A stretch of 64,000 nt of DNA from Hamiltosporidium tvaerminnensis FI-OER-3-3. Taxonomy: Eukaryota; Fungi; Microsporidia. The notes under the pieces were generated by a model. The model was given only the letters and a program-made list of their open reading frames with translations. It was not told the origin of the DNA and ran no database searches. The stretch lies in NCBI GenBank assembly GCA_022605425.2, contig JAKIMF020000007.1, positions 1,364,001-1,428,000 on the forward strand, in the 5' to 3' direction. Positions 1-11,704 of the stretch are shown here, one piece after another. The translations under genes and the position numbers were made by a program. Every line of letters begins with the position of its first letter. Position 1 is the stretch's first letter.

Positions 1-156
1 AATACTTTCTTTTACTTCGCTGTTATCATCTGTTATGCCATCATACGAAATTCTCATACAACACATTTCGTCTGTATTCGTTGGATCTCCCCGAATAGCG
101 TTAGAGTTATTTTCCGGTGGTGACGCTGCTATGCAAAAAAAAATATGAAAAAACAT
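1..156 (-). CDS. 5' end of a probable secreted protein, truncated by the window edge
   Basis: ATG at 156 opens a frame with no stop down to base 1: MFFHIFFCIAASPPENNSNAIRGDPTNTDEMCCMRISYDGITDDNSEVKESI. Hydrophobic N-terminus ending A-SP, like the gene at 5731. Locally higher GC. Confidence 0.45.
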   Translation of the reverse strand, partial: MFFHIFFCIAASPPENNSNAIRGDPTNTDEMCCMRISYDGITDDNSEVKESI

Positions 157-1299
157 GAAATAAATTTTTTTTTCTATTATATATTCAGCAATTAACCAAA
201 AAAACACAGATTATTTCGATCGGTAATAATTTACAAAATATTTTAGAATTACTTTTTAAAGTAAATTAACACGTTTTTTAATTGGTCATTTGAAAAAAAA
301 ATATCAAATAATTTTTAAGTTTGATCAATATGATTTTTATTTTTTTATTTATTATTTAAAATTTATGTTCAAACCAATAAATTTATTTATTTTTATATTT
401 TTTTCAAAAAAAAGAATGTTCTACAAACAGCAGAAATGTACGTTTAGATGCATTCATATTCCTGTTATACACCAATGATAAGAATTTGCCATTACAAGAC
501 TTAAAATCACCAACCACTAGATGTTTATGAAATTATCAGAATGATGGATACTCCTATACAAAATTAATCAGAAAAGTTAGATTTAAATAATATCGCTCTA
601 AAGGAGAGAAGGAAAAAAATAAAGTGCATCTGAAACCGGAATAAAAGCAAAAATGAATATATTTAACTTTTAACATTAGATATCTTTAACACAATAAGTA
701 AATAAAATTCTTAAACAAGAAAGCACTGCTACCATTAAATCATTTTTTTTTATAAATTAAACGTTTTTGTCATAATGAAAACCATTATTTAAATTTTATA
801 TAAAACCATAAATTTTATTTTTTTGTTTATCGAGTGTAACGTTTAACAGTAATTTTATCTATTTTAAATAATATTAAAACAATTAATTCTACGCTTTAAT
901 ATTTTTATTTAACCAAAGATCTTTACAAAGTTCAATTCATTAAATTGTGCATCTCTTTTATTTACAAACAAACTAGTTCACCCGGCGAGTGTTACTATGA
1001 TAATGAAAGATAGATTCAAGAATAAAAAAAACAAAAAATAAATTGGTTTAGGAATTTGATTAGTATTTATATATTTTTAAGTGCTTTTGAATATTAATAT
1101 TCTTTGTTTTTGGTATGGTGTCTAAACGGAAAAATTTTAATGCTTGAAGTGGCTACATAGAGTTATTATCTGAAAAGCAAGTGTTAATCAAAACTATTCT
1201 ACATATTACAGCATTTAGTCGCTTAGATTTTATTGTCTTACCAAAGATGAGTAGCAAAGAAACTTACATTTTTAATTTCTTATACGTTGGAACCGTTTT

Positions 1300-1720
1300 A
1301 ATGTGTGGGAAAAGTAAAATACCCCTTTAATAATACTTGTATATTATTAAAACCCTTTAGGGTATCACACTCTTAAATAACACTCTATTCATATTTCTCC
1401 TTATATTGGCACCTTTCAACATACAATAATCTATATTAACAAGCCGTTAACCTATATAGGTAACTAACACCATTTAATTTACAACCATTATTATTAACAC
1501 CATTTAATTTACAACCATTATTATTAACACACTTTATACTATAACAATCATTATTAACACCCTTTAATCTGCAACAATCATTATTAACTCCCTTTATACT
1601 GAACTATAAATTAACACGTTTAAATAAAACCCCATAATAATCCATTTTTTTAATCTATCTTCATAATGAACACGGTACCCCTTTATATAAACAATACCCC
1701 CCTTTATTTACAGTCTTTAA
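1300..1720 (+). repeat. TAACAC(C/A)-motif minisatellite; core of about five 30-bp units at 1465-1617
   Basis: taacaccatttaatttacaaccattattat repeats with taacac ending at 1470, 1500, 1530, 1560 and taactc at 1590. Reverse complement of the motif at 38920-40580. Confidence 0.85.
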
Positions 1721-2553
1721 CACATACATTCATTTTTATTTTTATAGATAGATCATTGTAAAACACAATATACTAAAATTAGTTTGAATATTATTCTTTA
1801 AGTAAAGTATCACAATTAATTAATTCGAACTTACGCAAAAAATAGTTCTCTACTCTACAAATTGACTAGTAATTAAAGTATTATCAGAATAAAATAAATC
1901 CATATTTCTTAAATATTAAATATATTTTTACAAATTAGAAATATATTTAAATAGATTGAATTTAAGAAATCTAAACTTAAAAGAATAAAATTTAAACTAA
2001 CTTAAAATTTTTAATGAATGATTTAGAAACCAGATAAACAGTCCTGTTTGTACTAAAGCAAAGTATATAGTAAAGAATTAATCCCATCTAATATTCAATT
2101 ATATAATTGTAATATTTTTTAAACGAGATGATGAAAATTAAGTCAAATATACAATTATAAAGAAAATATACTAACGTTTATTCCCTAAATATAATTATTA
2201 TCGTAAATTTATGATATAAAATCTGTTACTTCATTATGGACTTAGTTATTCCTTTCTTACTTCAGTACAAATTTTGTAGAATTAAAATAAATTTCTTTAA
2301 ATATTTGTAAAACAAGTTTTTTTGATTTATCGTTTTCTTTAGAATTTCTAGAAGAATTAAACGAATTTAAAGAAAAAAAATTATTTGAAAGGTAACTTGT
2401 ATGCAAAATTATTACAGGTTTTTACGTCAGAAATCGTAATTATATTCAATTAAATTAAAATTTGCTGTTCAGGCTCAAACGAAATGATACAAGATAACTG
2501 TTTTATTCAGATTTTTTGAGTAAAGCATGAATCGAATTATTTACTGAATATAA

Positions 2554-3600
2554 ATGTTATTATTACTTTGTGCTTGTTTTCTTATTTATACCTTGTTCGC
2601 TAAATATTAATATTTCTTGAAAGGGAAATAAAAATGAAAGAAATTTAAATTCTATATTATAATTGAACCTTATGATTCGTTTGAATCAAATAATACATTA
2701 AAAGATTGACATTGGTGTCATAAAGATTTTGTATTTTAAATATATACTTTGTTTGAATATAATCAATACGAACCTTGAAAAAATACGAAGTATTACTTGT
2801 ATGATTGTCTGAGTATTTGAAGAATATTAGATAAATATATAAGATTCAAAAATTTGCAAAAAAATTCATAAAACTATTAAAAGAAAATTAGAAAAGGAAA
2901 CATGTGGAATTAAATATATTCATTTATAGCAGTTTACATTTAAATAATAATTTATCTATTTTTTTTGATTTAGTATTGAATACATAGATGAAGTATTGTT
3001 TAGAGGTAATGGTTTTTTTTAGATTTTATTGAAAAAATTACAAATAGTTTAATTAGTCTCAAAGTTTCTTAAAAATAATTATTGTATATCATCACATCTT
3101 TATTATTTTTGATTTTTTATCTTACTTTATTCTTTTGAGTTATGGAAAATTTGAATTTTTCAATTGTTCGTCATTATCGAAACATTTGACATATTTCATC
3201 GGATCGTTTTTTACTTCCTAGCCATACGAATAAATACTTTGAAGTCAGAAATTTGTTCGTTTGTTTTTGGTAGTATCAATATAAGATTCTCAATTTTGAA
3301 GGATATACATGATTTTTTGAAATTTAAATATTTATGACGTATTTAAAATAACAAGAATAGTGATGCCATTTTTTATATCAGTTCCGTATTATATAATGGA
3401 AATATAAAGTATACTGTAGGATTCCACAATCCGCAAATAATTTCTTGTGTTAAGTTTTACCAGTATTTTCAATTTTTTATTGCCTATTAGAAGAAACCTA
3501 AAAAATATAGAATAAGAAAAAAAATATAGATTATAACATATATCTAACAAAATAGCCATGGCTATTTTTATGCAAATTTTAGAAATCACATAGATTTTAG
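2554..3600 (+). pseudogene. Decayed gene with a signal-like N-terminus, possibly from a large lineage-specific family
   Basis: MLLLLCACFLIY... start at 2554, then protein-like fragments (LYFKYILCLNIINTNLEKI) broken by many stops and frameshifts. Confidence 0.25.
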
Positions 3601-3945
3601 TATAAAGAGAAATAAGAAATAATTTTTTCTATCTGTCTATTTATTTAAACTATGATTCTTCTTATCTTTTTGCGAGCCTTCAAGTAGCTTCATTTATCTT
3701 TAATTTATGTAGTTTTAAGAAGAAAATTAAATTGATAACCCAATATAATGAAGGCAATTTAAACCATGGTATATATAATCTGCTTAAATAACATTGGCGA
3801 ATGAAATAATATGTTTTACGGGTTATAGTTGCATGAAATAAAAGGAATTTCAAAAGAAAACAAAATACATCTATTCATAACCGAAGAATAATTATATAAG
3901 AGAAATAAAAATAAATATAAAAAGGTAGTTCGCTAGAATAAGATT

Positions 3946-4100
3946 GAAAACCCATGTAGTATTTGATAGATTTCACTCAACGAAGCACAAAAGAAAGAAA
4001 TGGATCCATGCAAACACCCGAAAACATTTTATCAAGTTTGAGAAAACAAGAAACAAAATTCTGCTAAAATTGTTAGACCAGTAAAATGTAAACCCAAAAA
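3946..4100 (+). pseudogene. Possible RING-finger remnant
   Basis: Translates ENPCSI**ISLNEAQKKEMDPCKHPKTFYQV*...VKCK, with TGA stops where Cys codons of a C-x2-C...C-x-H...C pattern would be expected. Confidence 0.22.
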
Positions 4101-5727
4101 CCGGATCTTTTAAAAAATTCCAATTATGTCATAACACCAATAGCTCATTTCGTAACTAGATTGAATTGATATAAAAAATTATGCAAAAGAAAATAACTGA
4201 TATAAGTGGATTATAGGCATTTTTGATGTTGCTCAGAAAATCATTTTTTTGAATTTAAAAATAAAACAGCCAAAATATTATATCTGCCTTAAAAAAAATT
4301 CTAATTAAAATTCCTTTGAATCTTTTACAACGCTATGACGGCAGTAAATCTACAATTCTAATGTTAAAGAATTCTATTGATATATAATTTCATTGCTTGT
4401 ATAATGTTAGATTTGTAAGTCGAGAGCCATGACAATCCAAAAACTAAGGCGAGGTGTAAAAAGGTAATCAAAGTATTGTAAAGAAAACGAAAAAAACCAT
4501 ATTTTTCGAAAAAATACCGTGTTGAAATTTGTGAGTAACTTGTACTTAAATCAATACTTCATAGACTGGGTCAATAAAGATATCATTAATGTAGGTATTA
4601 AAAGCCATAACAGCTATAAATATGTTGATTTTCTTTACTAAGTAAACAAATATTGAGAAAATTCCGAAACGCCAAGAGAACGCGGCCGTTGAACACAATT
4701 TGAATCCCCGAAAAAAAAAATAAACACTATAACAATTAATTGTAGAGCAGAGCAGCGATCTACTATTTATAATAAAAAAACGATGAATGAGAAAAAGAAA
4801 CAAATATGTTCGAAAGGGGTCGATCATTAAGATGTTTATTACAGCAGTTTCTCATTCAATTTAAGAAACGTAGTATCAATTCCACAATATTTGATACGAA
4901 ATATTTGACAGAAAAAAAAATAAATAAATTACTTTTTTGAGTAAAACCCGGAGGGTTCAGAAAAAGTGGGCTCTGAAAATTTTAGGATCTGGCATGAAAA
5001 ATATTTAAGTATAGTAAAATTCATACATAAGAACAGAACAGAGAAGCTAGAGAATAAAATATTGCTTGTTCCAATCATTTATTTCTGTTTCGCCTTTTTA
5101 TGTCCTTGTTTTTTCTCTTTTTTTTTATTTCCATGTTCCCATTTCTTTTTTTTTTATTTCAATTTTTGAGATTTTTTTTTGATATTTTTGAATATTTTCG
5201 TATATTGAAAACTCCACATATGCTTACGAGAATATCTGGTTGATAATGTCATTTCAAAGAGATGAAAATAAACCATAACAAGAACTTTAATAAACTACAC
5301 ATCATTTCAAATATAGAAAATTTTTTCTAATTTAAAACTTGAAAGAATTTCATTTGCAGAGATTGCCGAAAACAATTATTAAACTTATTTTAAAGTCATT
5401 CATAAATTGATAATCGAATTAATAATCACATGACTTTGATGCAGTGTTATTATATAAATTTTGATTCAATAAAATATAAATGCAGTTATTTTTGAAACCA
5501 ATTTAATTTATAATCTGGTATCTGGCTTTAGAAAACTTAATCTTATTTAATATAAATTCGAAAAAGTATTAGATCGGAAACTAAATCTTAAGCAAAAGAT
5601 TTCTAACAATATAAGCCAAGATAATATATTTACAAATTTATTTTTTTTTGATTGTACAAAAGCCGAAATTCAATTAAATTATTCACTCAATTACCAAGGG
5701 TTTTTTTTTGAAACAAGAAGATTAATA

Positions 5728-5730
5728 CCC
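5728..5730 (+). promoter_or_regulatory. CCC motif immediately before a start codon (microsporidian-type signal)
   Basis: attaataCCC-ATG at 5728-5733 in AT-rich context. CCC/GGG triplets just upstream of start codons are a known microsporidian feature. Confidence 0.4.
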
Positions 5731-6564
5731 ATGAATTTAAATTTTTCGTTATTTTTTTATTCATATATATTTTAATGCTGTTGAAGCGTCTCCGGATCGA
5801 AAAAAAGTCAAGATATCCGACCATGAAGAAAATTTCTTTAATAATCACGAGACACCCGCTATAATAGATGGTATTGACTATCTTGGGTTTGCAAAAATAT
5901 TCTCTCACCAAAGTAAGCCATTAAAATCATCCAATCCAATCGAAGGGGCAATATCATCAGATCAAAGGGAAATATGTATTGCAACTGGTAGTGATTCAAG
6001 AACATATATCCCTGAACCTCAATAAACAGAATAAGACGTTATCTCTATTCGCGACCATCACCAGCACCAAGAACATCAAGACCAAAGCTCAAGAAGAAGT
6101 CTTCATGTAGCATCTAATATCCGTGACATCCCTTTTAACGAACTCCCAAATGTTATATCGAGTAATTCTCTGCCTTCTCAAGCGTTCTCTGCCAAAAGAT
6201 TCTATGATCAGAATTTTACAGAGGTCAATTCCTATGAAGCTATGTCACAAAAAGAATCTCAATTTGAATTTTCTTTCGATGATGTTTCTTCTTACATGGA
6301 ACTAAATTCTACAGACAAAGTCCAAGAATTCCATTGCAAAATATACCCAAACGATTTTGAAGTTAATGGGTCTATCACCTCGGAAAAAACACAAATAGAA
6401 CTTCATTATCAATACACCAAACTATAGGAAAAAATGATGCAGTAAATGATTCTTCAAAATTTAATCTCGAGTTCCAGTCTAAGGATACAAATGGCTCCGA
6501 CAACTGGAAAGAAGTAGTAAATAAGTTATTTATAAAAGGTTTAATCAAAAATTCCGGTTCAAAT
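5731..6564 (+). pseudogene. Disrupted 5' part of a ~699-aa secreted protein gene (full extent 5731-7830)
   Basis: Removing one T from T7 (5752-5758) gives MNLNFSLFFIHIYFNAVEASPDRKKVKISDHEEN... This frame stays open to 6427 except for TAA at 6023 and 6032. Adding one A to A6 (6384-6389) joins it to the frame of ORF 6565-7830, which is open from before 6390. Confidence 0.65.
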
Positions 6565-7830
6565 ATGCGAGAAGAACTTATATCAATTGTAAAAGATGAA
6601 CTTGAAAAAAAAATTGAGGAAAAAGATAGACAATCTTATTTTAAATCAGAAGAAGAAGTTTTAAACTGGCTTAAAAATAAGAAATCGAAATTTTATTGCA
6701 ATAAATTTGAATCAAACAGTGATTTTAAAGAAATTTTAAACTTTGGTAGAAGGCTTGTTAGCTTTGAGAAAAATTCCTATTCGAATTTAAGCACTTCTGA
6801 GATTATGCGAAAAATCGATGGCTACCATTTAATAAATTATGCTAATGAACTTAGAAAAACCAAAATCCATCTTATTGTCCCAGAATTAAATTATCTTCTT
6901 GATTCTTTTGAAGAAAATATAATAGATAATATTTTACACGGAAATGCTTTATTGATACATTATTATTATGAGATCACCAAAATAATAATCAATTTAATTC
7001 TAAATAATAGTAATAAAGTTGATATAAATATCATCAGAAAAAATAGAAGAGGAAATGAAAAAATGGCAGGAAAAGAAGAAAAAAGTGGTAAAATAAGCAA
7101 AGAAGAAAAAAAGAAAAAAACTTTAGATGAAAGCGAAGAAGTAAGACTATTAGACATAAGAAGAATTTTTTTTATTAAAAGGTTGCTTTCCGAACTTTTT
7201 CCTTTATTTCAATATGATTCTGTGAAAATTGAAATATACAAAACGCTAAACTTATTATATTTTATTTCACATTTCATTCATCTTTCACGTTCATATTTGA
7301 GAAAATATTTTTTTCGATATAAAATGAATTTTTTATTTAGGTTTCTATTCGATTCGAATATAAATTTTAAAAATGATTTTAACAAAAAACTTATAGAAGA
7401 TATACTAGGCGAAAATGAAAATGGCACAAATCCTGATTTGTTTATTAAAAGCAAGTTGACTGCGCTATTTCGAGATTATTTTTGTTTAGATATTTTCTTC
7501 GATAAGGGTATCGCAATTATTGAAACCTACAAAGTATTTGCTATTGCGAAGAATAAGGATAAGGTAGTAACAAAAACTAATATAATTTCAAAATTAAAAG
7601 AAGATAGTGAGCAAAATCTTTTGGAGAATATAGATGCCTATAAGAATCGAAAAATAAATATATTTTTAAAATTAGAATTTCAAATTAATCATTCAGAATA
7701 TCTAGTTCTATCAACAACAATAAGTATAATGAATTTTTATAAATCACGAGGCCCCTGTGAAATTAGCAAAAAGCTATTGGAAGAATCTAACAAATCGTTA
7801 GAAGAATTAAAATTTAATAAAGTTGCGTAA
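6565..7830 (+). CDS. Hypothetical protein, 421 aa, K/E/I/L/N-rich; intact C-terminal part of the 5731-7830 gene
   Basis: Longest ORF in the window and far too long for chance at this AT content. Basic patch RKNRR...EEKKKK. No recognised domain. Confidence 0.75.
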   Translation: MREELISIVKDELEKKIEEKDRQSYFKSEEEVLNWLKNKKSKFYCNKFESNSDFKEILNFGRRLVSFEKNSYSNLSTSEIMRKIDGYHLINYANELRKTKIHLIVPELNYLLDSFEENIIDNILHGNALLIHYYYEITKIIINLILNNSNKVDINIIRKNRRGNEKMAGKEEKSGKISKEEKKKKTLDESEEVRLLDIRRIFFIKRLLSELFPLFQYDSVKIEIYKTLNLLYFISHFIHLSRSYLRKYFFRYKMNFLFRFLFDSNINFKNDFNKKLIEDILGENENGTNPDLFIKSKLTALFRDYFCLDIFFDKGIAIIETYKVFAIAKNKDKVVTKTNIISKLKEDSEQNLLENIDAYKNRKINIFLKLEFQINHSEYLVLSTTISIMNFYKSRGPCEISKKLLEESNKSLEELKFNKVA

Positions 7831-8959
7831 AAAACTTTTTAACTAAGTATTTAATATTCTTTTTCCTTGGTTATAGTAAAAACTTCCTAATGTTTCATTA
7901 TCATTATTTTTTGTATTGCTTACAAATGAAAAATTTAATCTAATCAGAAAAATATTGAGTCAATTAATGCTTTAGATATAAATTAGTTACTTTTCTTTAA
8001 ATTTCTGCTATGAATTCCAATAATTCCAAAACCTCGATATTTTTTCTACCATTTAACCGCCACGTAGCTTTGAGATTTAAAATTTATTGCTTTTATAAAA
8101 TTAATTTGTTTGTGCATCCGGTTATTTACAGCAATTTATGTATAAATATCTTTACAGGATAAATCATCAAAAATAAATGATTCAAAAATATAAGCGTAAT
8201 ATTAATGGATTTAAATCAAAAGTTTAAATTATTGCGAAAGTTTTCATATATCCAGCAATTTGTTTTAAAATTCTAAAACAAGAATCACTTAATTTTACCT
8301 TAAAAAGACAGTCAAAGAAATTTCAATAAGAATTATTTCATTCATAAGAATTTGCAGGCCTGTATTCTTTTTATTATAAATATTAAGCCTTTTAGGTTGT
8401 TGAATGTCTATATTTAGATGTATATTTTTTACTACAATAGTATTGATAAAAATTATTTTTGGAAAAATACTTTGATTTATAAAATAATTCATTCATCTAA
8501 AATTCAGAGAAAAATGCAAATTTAAAATATGCTTATAATAGAATAAATAAGAAATTGTACAAAGCAACTAGAATATATAAAAAAATACCCAATATTGAAA
8601 ATTTAATAATTTTTGCAGAAATTTAACAAGGTAACGTTAAAAATTCAAGGCGCGGACATTTTAGCATTATAAACGCACCTATATAATTATAAAGTTAGAT
8701 GAGTAGACACAAAATATATAACCTCCAAAATTAAGGTTCTAAAAAACATTATAATAATTCCCTTCTTGAAACCGGAATCAAGTATATTAAATCACAACAG
8801 AATAACTATGGTAATTATATTCAAAATAGAAATTAAATGCTGAAATTTCTTTCAATATAAAAGTAGATTTTTTTTAGCATTTAATATATATTTGAAGGTC
8901 TCAAAAAAGTTTCTATATTTATTTTAGATAAGAGTAAAACATAATAAGTCGAATAAAGT

Positions 8960-9340
8960 GAGAATTATTGCAAGTATATTTCACATGAAAAATCAAAAGG
9001 TATGGCATATTAACAAATAACATGATTTTGTACACTGATCAGTGTATTATAATCCTTTTTGATGGCCGTCAACCCATTCTGACAAGTCATCAATATAGAT
9101 TATAAGACCATGATATACCACTAAGAGTAGAGCTATACTTCAGTCTTTGTACCAAGAAGCATTTGAAACATGATTTTATTGAGAAAGAGGCAACACCACG
9201 TGCTAAATTCTAATTAGAGTTATAAAACATAAATAGATGTTATAAAAGAGAAGAAAAAACAACTCATATTTCTGCTATATATTGTCGCTTATATCGAATC
9301 AGGTGCCGAGGAGGCCACAGCTAATTAATTGACTCAAATT
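8960..9340 (+). pseudogene. Possible heavily decayed myosin motor N-terminal fragment
   Basis: Collinear motifs across shifting frames: ASIFH..KRY, ILYT, FLMAVNPF, KREEKTTHISAI, ESGA. Compare myosin ASVLHNLKxRY, IYTY, LVAVNPF, KRxExxPHIFAI, GESGAGKT. Spacing is not fully conserved. Confidence 0.25.
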
Positions 9341-11691
9341 GTTATGTGAAATTCTGAAATCAAAGCATACTTCAAAATATAAAAAAAATGTCAAATATAA
9401 ACGAAGAGTAAAAAAGAATTGCTAAAATTAAGAATAAAGAAAGCAAAAACAGGGTGGCGAAATAACATTGTGTTAAGAAATTTTTTAAATTATCTTATAT
9501 TTATTCTTTCATAAAAACCAGTTTTCTTAAAAGGCAAATTACATTGAAATCAAATGCGATATTTTTATACGTACGAGAATTAAAAAAAGAAGAAGTACGC
9601 AAATCCAAAAAAATCTTAAAAATAGTCAAAAATGTCTTTAACTAACTTTAATTTATTAAACCAAATTCTAGTTAGAATGTTTTTCTACCTTTTTATATCT
9701 TTTTCAACTCTTTGGCAGTTTTTGCTCCTTTCTCTAAACACACTTTCTTATTTATATGAATTCAGCTTTTACTAGGTGGTAACTTTATTTAAATACAGGA
9801 GGATGTTATTTTTTCTTGTCTAACACGATATTTCTTGTAATTAGTCAGTTTAACTAAGAAATTGATTCTCGTTGCATTTTGCCTCTTTATAAAACAATTA
9901 ATGCCCATTATAAACCCTTTCAGCGGTTGGCCCCTATCCAACTCCTTTTTATCGATAGAAAAACCTTCTTGGCTGTCTTTTTAAGAATTTCAATTAAATT
10001 TATGTCTCTATCTTCGTAAGTATTTTCTGTTTTTTAAAATACGTTTAGGTATTTTTTTGCAAAAACCATCACAGGCTTTAAAAGATAAAATTAGTCAGAA
10101 CAAACCTATAAATAAGACCTAACCTATTATCTAAGAATATATACTTCTATAGCTTTTCTGTTTCAACTATATGAAGTGAATGTTAGCGAGTGATTTATTT
10201 TTCAACGCGCTTTATCTTTTTTTGACCGTTTCTAAAATATTAGTTAAGAATATATTTTTTTAAATAAAAAGTTGTAAAATCTTATACTATTGCCTCTTTT
10301 TTTCATCAGACCACGTTGATTAATTAAAATTCATTTATATAACATTAAGAGATTGATAAAATATGAATATAAAAGAGTTTTTCCGAAGAATGTAAGTGAA
10401 ACAAGAAATCAAGAATATTTATTTCTTCATTATCCCATAAACTTGCAGAAGCATATTTTCGTTTTGAACTAACACATCAGGTAGATTTGGTCAATAATAC
10501 ACCAAAAATTAATATTAGGATTTACATTTCATACAAATAAAAATTTTGGTTGTAGAAAAATGAAAAACATATATTTAATGTTTCAATTACTAGAATAGCA
10601 CAATTGGTTTTAAGTGTAAATAGTAAATATTAAGATTTCCAACGCCTTAAAAAACCATTGGAGTATGACGCGAATGAGTATACACAATACTTAAATTCAT
10701 GTGATGAAAGTCAAAATCTCGGAGATCTGTTTATTGGTTTTCCTTTCAAGCCCTAAATAAATAAAAAATATGGCTTCTAGAATAATTAGAAAAATCTATT
10801 CTAAATAAATTTTTAATAAGCCTTAGACAATAATGAGGATTTTCAAAGTATACTAAAGATAGAAAACAATAGTCTTTATTGTGTTTTTTTCGGTAGAGAT
10901 CAAACATGATAGCGACTATAAGAATGCATATAATATCGAAATCAACTGTCGCAAAAATTTAAGCGTATACGTACAAGTCTAGATACTGACCAGAGTTTGT
11001 ATTTAATTGTCGTACATAATCAGTTTGTAATAAAATGACATAAAATTAAAATATAACATTACTAGAAGTTACTCTGAAAGTACAGAGTATCAATTAAAAT
11101 ACTTTCATAGACCCAATGATAATATTTAAATGGAAATTTATTAGTAACATAGCTTAATTAGAAAAAAAATATTGTCAAATACTCGGTGGTAGCAAAATAA
11201 ACAATTAAATTATCAAATTAATCTAGATACAGGAGTAATCCATAAAGTGTATATATGCATGGAACTTTTATCGGGTGTCAAATAAAATCCAAATATAAAA
11301 GAAATATTTTAGAAATAAATTGAGAAAATAAATTTACAAGAGAAATTGAATTTCAATGTTCAAACATATTAGAAGGAAATAAAGGCAACAACCGATGAAA
11401 TGGAAGCAAATATTTACCATTATATTCACTTAGATTCTCAAAATAATTTTTACAAAAAATCAGACTAATAAAATGAATTAAAAGGTCAATAGTTTTTGTA
11501 ACATAGCGTCTTGAATAATGTTATTGGTTATGCTTCATTCACATAAAGCCATAAATACCAACACAATAAATTAAATTCAGAGCCATTCTTTATTTGTCAA
11601 ATGGAATCTAAACATTTTTTTTATAAATATTTGGTTTTTTTCTTATCAAATACAATATCCATGTGGTCAAGATTCAAAAAAAATGAAATTA

Positions 11692-11704
11692 GATATTTTT
11701 GTAA
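11692..11704 (+). repeat. Left target-site duplication GATATTTTTGTAA
   Basis: Identical 13-mer at 12744-12756, exactly bracketing the retroelement. Confidence 0.9.

Noticed and set aside
5731-7830. Alternative genetic code (TAA/TAG = Gln) to explain in-frame stops
   Set aside because: The 421-aa ORF and the retroelement ORF have no internal TAA/TAG and use normal Gln codons. Decayed genes also contain TGA stops and frameshifts.
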